Of a stretch of DNA of 64,000 nucleotides, positions 60,001 through 64,000 are shown in pieces. Every line of letters begins with the position of its first letter. Position 1 is the stretch's first letter. Where the stretch lies: contig JBGPQV010000004.1 in assembly GCA_041489255.1 (NCBI GenBank), forward strand, positions 64,001 through 128,000, in the 5' to 3' direction. The notes beneath the pieces are model-generated. The model was given only the letters and a program-made list of their open reading frames with translations. It was not told where the DNA came from and searched no databases. The position numbers and the translations under genes were made by a program. This DNA is from Thermoplasmata archaeon. Lineage in GTDB: Archaea > Thermoplasmatota > Thermoplasmata > RBG-16-68-12 > JAFNFQ01.

Positions 60001-61381
60001 AGTCTCGCTCTCCAGCCAGGTACTCAACCAGGGCAACGGCACCGCCACGGACAACGCGATAGTCGCTTTCTACGAGCAGTCTTCCCCGCCATTCTCCACC
60101 TTCGTCCTGAGTCCTCTCGCTCCCGCCACTGTGTCATCTCGATTCACCGCTATATGGACATCTCCCGCCATCCCGGGCACGTACTCGGTCTCGGTTGACG
60201 TCGATTACGACAACAATGTGAGCGAGTGGGACGAGACCAACAACGTTTACACTTGGATGATAGAGGTGGTTTCGGGTCCCCTCACCTCCCTCGTCATCGG
60301 TTCTCCCAACTACACCTCCCCCGCCATGATCACATACGTCAAGTCGTCAACTCCCCTCTCCCTCTTCGTCCTCGACCAGAGCGGTCTCGGGATAAGGAAC
60401 ACCACGTACAGGATAGATGGCGGGAGTCCTGTCAACTACACCGCCACTGGCCCGTTCTTCCTGGCGGGGGAAGGAGTGCACACAGTGGAGTGGCGGTCCC
60501 TCGACTGGGCGGGGAACCTGGAAGATGTGAACTCGATCGAACTGACAGTGGACGACACTCCTCCCGCCACCGCCATCGCGATCGGTGAACCCAAGTACCT
60601 GACTGGCGGCAGTTACGTCAAGTCCACCACTCCCCTCGCCCTCTCGGCGACCGACGGCGGCGTCGGGTCCAACTCTACCTTCTACCGCCTCTGGGACGGG
60701 ACATGGTCTCAATGGCGGGACTACTCCGCATCGTTCACTCTGGCGGGAAGGGACGGCACATGGTACGTCGAGTACCTCTCCTACGACTACCTCGGGAACA
60801 TGGAAGTCGTCCGGAATGAGACCCTCATCCTCGACAACACACCGCCAGTCACGACGATATCCCCCGTCGCCCCATTCACTCTCACTGCAGTGGACTCCGG
60901 CTGCGGCGTGAATGTCACGATGTACAGGATCGATGGCGGGAGCTGGACGGTCTACACAGACGGCTTCACCCTAACCGAGGGGGAGCACACCATATACTAC
61001 TACTCAATCGACAACCTGGGCAATGTCGAGCAAGAGAAGTCGCTGACCATCAAGCCGACGATCGAAGTGGCGGTGAATTACAAGCCTATCATCGCACTCA
61101 TCTTCGCAATCATCCTGCTCGTGACGGGAGTCTGGTCTTCGAAGAGGAGGCCGTGGAAGGGCGGGAAGGGCAGGATGGCGCTGGCGAAGGCGTTCATGTT
61201 CACATCGATGCCCTTCGTGCTTGCTGAGGCAGCGACTGGCGTGGTGTCTCTCCTCACCGGACTGCTGTCGATACCGCCAGTAATCGAGTTGGGGATGCTG
61301 GTTGACGCGGCGATCCTCGTGGCGGGTGTCGGAGTTGCGATCATGCGGCTCATAGAGTCGAAACCTGGATCCTCTCGATGA
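57017..61381 (+). CDS. Surface protein: SBBP beta-propeller repeats, CARDB domains, Ig-like repeats and 3-TM anchor
   Basis: FIENRGQ; about seven YSTxLGG..IA.DS.G.AY.TG.T.S.DFP repeats; three PDL..N.G..D..N.V.E.DE.NN; DxTPP repeats; NYKP..WSSKRRPWKGGK. Confidence 0.9.
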   Translation: MSRFRKCLLISAILQLSLLAVMPSVPLPSPIEHERDPGVPTERQDGHDVSDALQSLGGYFIENRGQVLDGIRYYSTGNPSVAFGDDAVIFVVRAVDSGDHRDILPEQIDRSSGTYKTTTVETVAYMLRFEGANKVMPIGIDRLPFSSNFFIGNNPHKWKTIVPNYGEVVYRNLYNGIDLVYRQNAKGIKYEFIVGPGANLRAMRMNYEGIDSLRLEDGEMVIQSAAGDVRDILPYAFEGKGERIECRFILYGPVSYGFDCDGRDVSKQLVIDPLVYSTFLGGGGEDRGWSIAVDSSGNAYATGLTLSVDFPAKPGSFDTSYNGSGRDAFVAKLDPAGSNLMYCTYLGGSLDEDFSAIAIDSLGSAYLTGSTQSSDFPTTAGAFDTVFNGGYDSYVTKLNGTGSGLVYSTFLGGRDFDAGRAIALDSAGNAYVAGDTNSTDFPVTAGAFSPTLRGSDNAFITELDSLGRTLVYSTYLGSTSRDYALSIALDSGGDAYVVGQTDSPDFPTTSAAFDTSYNGGPPASPYDVFVTKLNATGTGLVYSTFLGGDGTDFGYSVKVDSMGNAYVTGGTSSINFPITSGSYSTSLSGTRDAFVSELNAAGSSLVYSTYLGGGGYDLATSLALNSVNEAYVTGVTFSANFPVTPDAADGFYNGFEDVFVAGLNFTGSKLVYSTFLGGLDNENTGSIAMDTADCAYIMGETYSVDFPTTPGALSTTYRGNGDTFVTKIRTPTLVDLPDLTISPSDISFAPPGPAVVGSSVLIDVTVHNIGSANASQVAARFYDGTPPSSPIIGTDQTIPFLQRLGGAGTASVTWLAGNLGVHEICIVADPESSIAELDESNNQACAPIEVVAPPMPDLTLASSDILLSPSPPYAESVLVKVNATVHNIGTNVSSTTVARFYDGMPPSLQIGTDQPLPPIPVSGSANVSVTWTASPLGSHDICVFADPDNLVTEIDETNNVACIDVLVQPGPILRPDYVPISPLPLPPIRVGMSSQVSLSSQVLNQGNGTATDNAIVAFYEQSSPPFSTFVLSPLAPATVSSRFTAIWTSPAIPGTYSVSVDVDYDNNVSEWDETNNVYTWMIEVVSGPLTSLVIGSPNYTSPAMITYVKSSTPLSLFVLDQSGLGIRNTTYRIDGGSPVNYTATGPFFLAGEGVHTVEWRSLDWAGNLEDVNSIELTVDDTPPATAIAIGEPKYLTGGSYVKSTTPLALSATDGGVGSNSTFYRLWDGTWSQWRDYSASFTLAGRDGTWYVEYLSYDYLGNMEVVRNETLILDNTPPVTTISPVAPFTLTAVDSGCGVNVTMYRIDGGSWTVYTDGFTLTEGEHTIYYYSIDNLGNVEQEKSLTIKPTIEVAVNYKPIIALIFAIILLVTGVWSSKRRPWKGGKGRMALAKAFMFTSMPFVLAEAATGVVSLLTGLLSIPPVIELGMLVDAAILVAGVGVAIMRLIESKPGSSR

Positions 61382-61412
61382 AGATGGGGTCGGATTCCTC
61401 GCGGGTCCCATG

Positions 61413-61445
61413 CCAATTCGGCTCCAATTCCGCTTCAATTCCAAT
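61413..61445 (+). repeat. Three-unit 11-bp-period repeat
   Basis: CCAATTCGGCT CCAATTCCGCT TCAATTCCAAT. Confidence 0.6.
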
Positions 61446-61567
61446 ATGGACAGTCGCGCAAGAGCGAACAGCAAGGCATCATTCCCCGCGAAGCCGCTCG
61501 TCGAACTGTTCGCCACAGAAACGTTATTAGCGGTTCAGGCGTTCGGCCGATGGAAAGTGGTGTCTTC

Positions 61568-63118
61568 ATGTCCTCTGACAAGAGGGTCTCCGAACTGAGG
61601 AGGAAGAAGGAAGAGGCGAAGCTCGGCGGCGGTGCTGACAGGATCGTGGCGCAGCACCAGAAGGGCAAGCTCACCGCAAGGGAGCGAATCGACCTGCTGC
61701 TCGACCAGGGGAGCTTCGTCGAGACCGATATGTTCGTGGAACACCGGACGACGGATTTTGGGATGGAAAGGAAGAAGTTCCCTGGCGATGGGGTTGTGAC
61801 CGGCTACGGTCGCGTCAACGGACGCCTGGTCTATGTCTTCTCGCAGGACTTCACGGTCTTTGGCGGGAGCCTGGGGGAGATGTTCGCCTCGAAGATCATC
61901 AAGATCATGGACATGGCGATGAAGACGGGAGCTCCGTTCATAGGGTTGAACGATTCTGGAGGGGCGAGGATACAGGAAGGAGTCGCGAGCCTTGGCGGGT
62001 ACGCCGAGATATTCTACAGGAATGTCACGTCGTCGGGGGTCATCCCGCAAATAAGCGCGATACTAGGGCCCTGCGCGGGCGGTGCGGTCTACTCTCCCGC
62101 CATGACCGACTTCATCATCATGACGAAGAACACCAGTCACATGTTCATCACGGGCCCGGAGGTCATCAAGACCGTGACGGGGGAGGAGGTCACCTTCGAG
62201 GAACTGGGCGGTGCGATGACGCACAATGTAAAGAGCGGAGTTGCGCACTTCGCAGCCGAGGACGAGAGAGACTGCATCGCGACCATCAGGAGACTCCTCT
62301 CCTTCATGCCGCAGAACAACCTCGAGGAACCGCCACGGTCTCAGCCGACTGACATGCCTAACCGCATGGATCAGGAGCTCGGCAGCATCGTCCCAGAGGA
62401 TCCGCAGAGACCCTACGACATGAGGGACATCATCCGCCATGTCGTCGATAATGAGGACTTCTTCGAGGTCCACCAGCACTGGGCCAGGAACATCGTCGTC
62501 GGTTTCGCGCGGCTGGACGGGTACCCAATAGGCGTGGTCGGCAACCAGCCCGCGGTGTTGGCGGGATGCCTCGACATCAATGCCTCGACGAAGGGCGGGA
62601 GGTTCGTGCGGTTCTGCGACGCGTTCAACATCCCCCTGCTGACGTTCGTCGATGTGCCCGGCTTTCTGCCAGGGGCGGACCAAGAATACGGCGGGATCAT
62701 ACGAAATGGGGCGAAGCTGCTCTACGCGTTCTGCGAGGCGACAGTCCCCAAGATCACGGTCATCACGCGCAAAGCGTATGGCGGTGCCTACGACGTCATG
62801 TGCTCCAAGCACATCCGCGGCGACTTCAACTTCGCGTGGCCTTCCTCGGAATTGGCGGTGATGGGGCCTGACGGCGCGGTCAACATCATCTTCAGAAAGG
62901 ACATCGAAGAGGCGGCGGACGCCAAGGCGAAGAGGGACGAACTCGTCGCGGATTACCGCGCAAAGTTCGCCAACCCGTACATCGCCGCCCAGCGCGGTTA
63001 CATAGATGACGTGATCGAACCTCAGGAGACAAGGCCGCGGGTCATAAGCGCCCTCGAGGTGCTGCAGACGAAGCGCGAATCCATGCCGCCGAAGAAGCAC
63101 GGCAACATACCGCTCTGA
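61568..63118 (+). CDS. Acyl-CoA carboxyltransferase subunit (PccB/MmdA/12S family)
   Basis: [53 protein letters not shown]. Confidence 0.95.
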   Translation: MSSDKRVSELRRKKEEAKLGGGADRIVAQHQKGKLTARERIDLLLDQGSFVETDMFVEHRTTDFGMERKKFPGDGVVTGYGRVNGRLVYVFSQDFTVFGGSLGEMFASKIIKIMDMAMKTGAPFIGLNDSGGARIQEGVASLGGYAEIFYRNVTSSGVIPQISAILGPCAGGAVYSPAMTDFIIMTKNTSHMFITGPEVIKTVTGEEVTFEELGGAMTHNVKSGVAHFAAEDERDCIATIRRLLSFMPQNNLEEPPRSQPTDMPNRMDQELGSIVPEDPQRPYDMRDIIRHVVDNEDFFEVHQHWARNIVVGFARLDGYPIGVVGNQPAVLAGCLDINASTKGGRFVRFCDAFNIPLLTFVDVPGFLPGADQEYGGIIRNGAKLLYAFCEATVPKITVITRKAYGGAYDVMCSKHIRGDFNFAWPSSELAVMGPDGAVNIIFRKDIEEAADAKAKRDELVADYRAKFANPYIAAQRGYIDDVIEPQETRPRVISALEVLQTKRESMPPKKHGNIPL

Positions 63119-63132
63119 GTGATGGGTCAACT

Positions 63133-64000
63133 ATGGCAAAGAAGATAGGAATCACGGACACGGTCCTTCGAGACGCGCACCAGTCGCTGCTCGCGACGCG
63201 GATGAAGACCGAGGACATGCTGCCCATCGCAGAGAAGCTCGACAAGGTGGGCTACTGGTCGGTCGAGATGTGGGGCGGGGCCACGTTCGACTCGTGCCTG
63301 AGGTACCTGAAGGAGGATCCTTGGGAGCGCCTCAGGAAGCTGAAACAGTCGATGCCGCACACCAGGATGCAGATGCTCCTGAGAGGGCAGAACGTCGTCG
63401 GCTACCGCCATTACCCGGACGACGTGGTCGAGGCGTTCGTCGATCATGCGCACAGCAACGGCATCGACGTATTCCGCATCTTCGACGCTCTCAACGACAT
63501 CAGGAACATGGAGACCGCGATCAAGGCGGCGAAGAATACAGGAGCGCATGTCGAGGGCTCATTCTGCTTCACCACTAGCCCGGTCCACACCATTCAGATG
63601 TTCGTGAAGCTCGCGAAGGACTTGGAGGCACTCGACTGCGACTCGATCTGCATCAAGGACATGGCGGGGATCCTTCCACCAGATGTCGCGTACCACATGG
63701 TAAGGGAGCTGAAGGAGAACATTTCGATCCCAATCCATCTTCACACGCACTGCACGAGCGGCATGGCGGTGGCGACCACCCTGAAGGCTGTCGAGGCGGG
63801 AGTCGACCTCGTCGACACCGCCATCTCCTCACTCTCCATGGGCACCTCACACCCGCCAACGGAGACGATCGTCGCGATGCTCAAGCAGCCCGGCGAGTCC
63901 GCCATGCTCGACCTCGCCCTCCTCACCCAGATCGCCGACTACTTCCGCGATGTCAGGCGCAAGTACAGGGAGTTCGAGATGGACTATTTCGTCGTCGACA
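63133..64000 (+). CDS. Pyruvate/oxaloacetate carboxyltransferase (PycB/OadA/5S family), truncated by the window
   Basis: Manual translation MAKKIGITDTVLRDAHQSLLATRM..WGGATFD..EDPWERL..QMLLRGQN..IKDMAG..HTHCTSG. Confidence 0.95.
   Translation, partial: MAKKIGITDTVLRDAHQSLLATRMKTEDMLPIAEKLDKVGYWSVEMWGGATFDSCLRYLKEDPWERLRKLKQSMPHTRMQMLLRGQNVVGYRHYPDDVVEAFVDHAHSNGIDVFRIFDALNDIRNMETAIKAAKNTGAHVEGSFCFTTSPVHTIQMFVKLAKDLEALDCDSICIKDMAGILPPDVAYHMVRELKENISIPIHLHTHCTSGMAVATTLKAVEAGVDLVDTAISSLSMGTSHPPTETIVAMLKQPGESAMLDLALLTQIADYFRDVRRKYREFEMDYFVVD

Overview
This is an archaeal chromosomal window. Gene content (archaeal-type r-proteins, Tes, TYW1, class II HMG-CoA reductase, DUF835) suggests Thermoplasmata; that assignment is an inference. 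The core genes are the L3-to-secY ribosomal superoperon, ileS, aspS, tRNA-His, rfcL, taw1, a NOG1 GTPase, pdxS, argF, lipid genes (HMGR, AcnX/phosphomevalonate dehydratase pair, Tes-ferredoxin-GGR) and two carboxyltransferase subunits. The most unusual items are: (1) a two-gene serine-recombinase module (short catalytic recombinase plus a degenerate-HNH/recombinase-domain partner) ending on a perfect 12-2-12 palindrome and followed by an unannotated 48-aa RHH-like gene with an operator-like array; (2) three Rab-like small GTPases; (3) IleRS fused to HhH, zinc ribbons and DUF835; (4) an accessory island (about 55.0-61.45 kb) bounded by related 11-bp-period repeat arrays, carrying a DUF6266-like gene, two gene-end remnants and a surface protein; (5) a giant, probably inactive subtilase with a WD40 insert; (6) a PMDh-S-Nudix fusion; (7) a structured leader of the L3 operon. 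All family calls come from motif recognition by eye; no database search was run.
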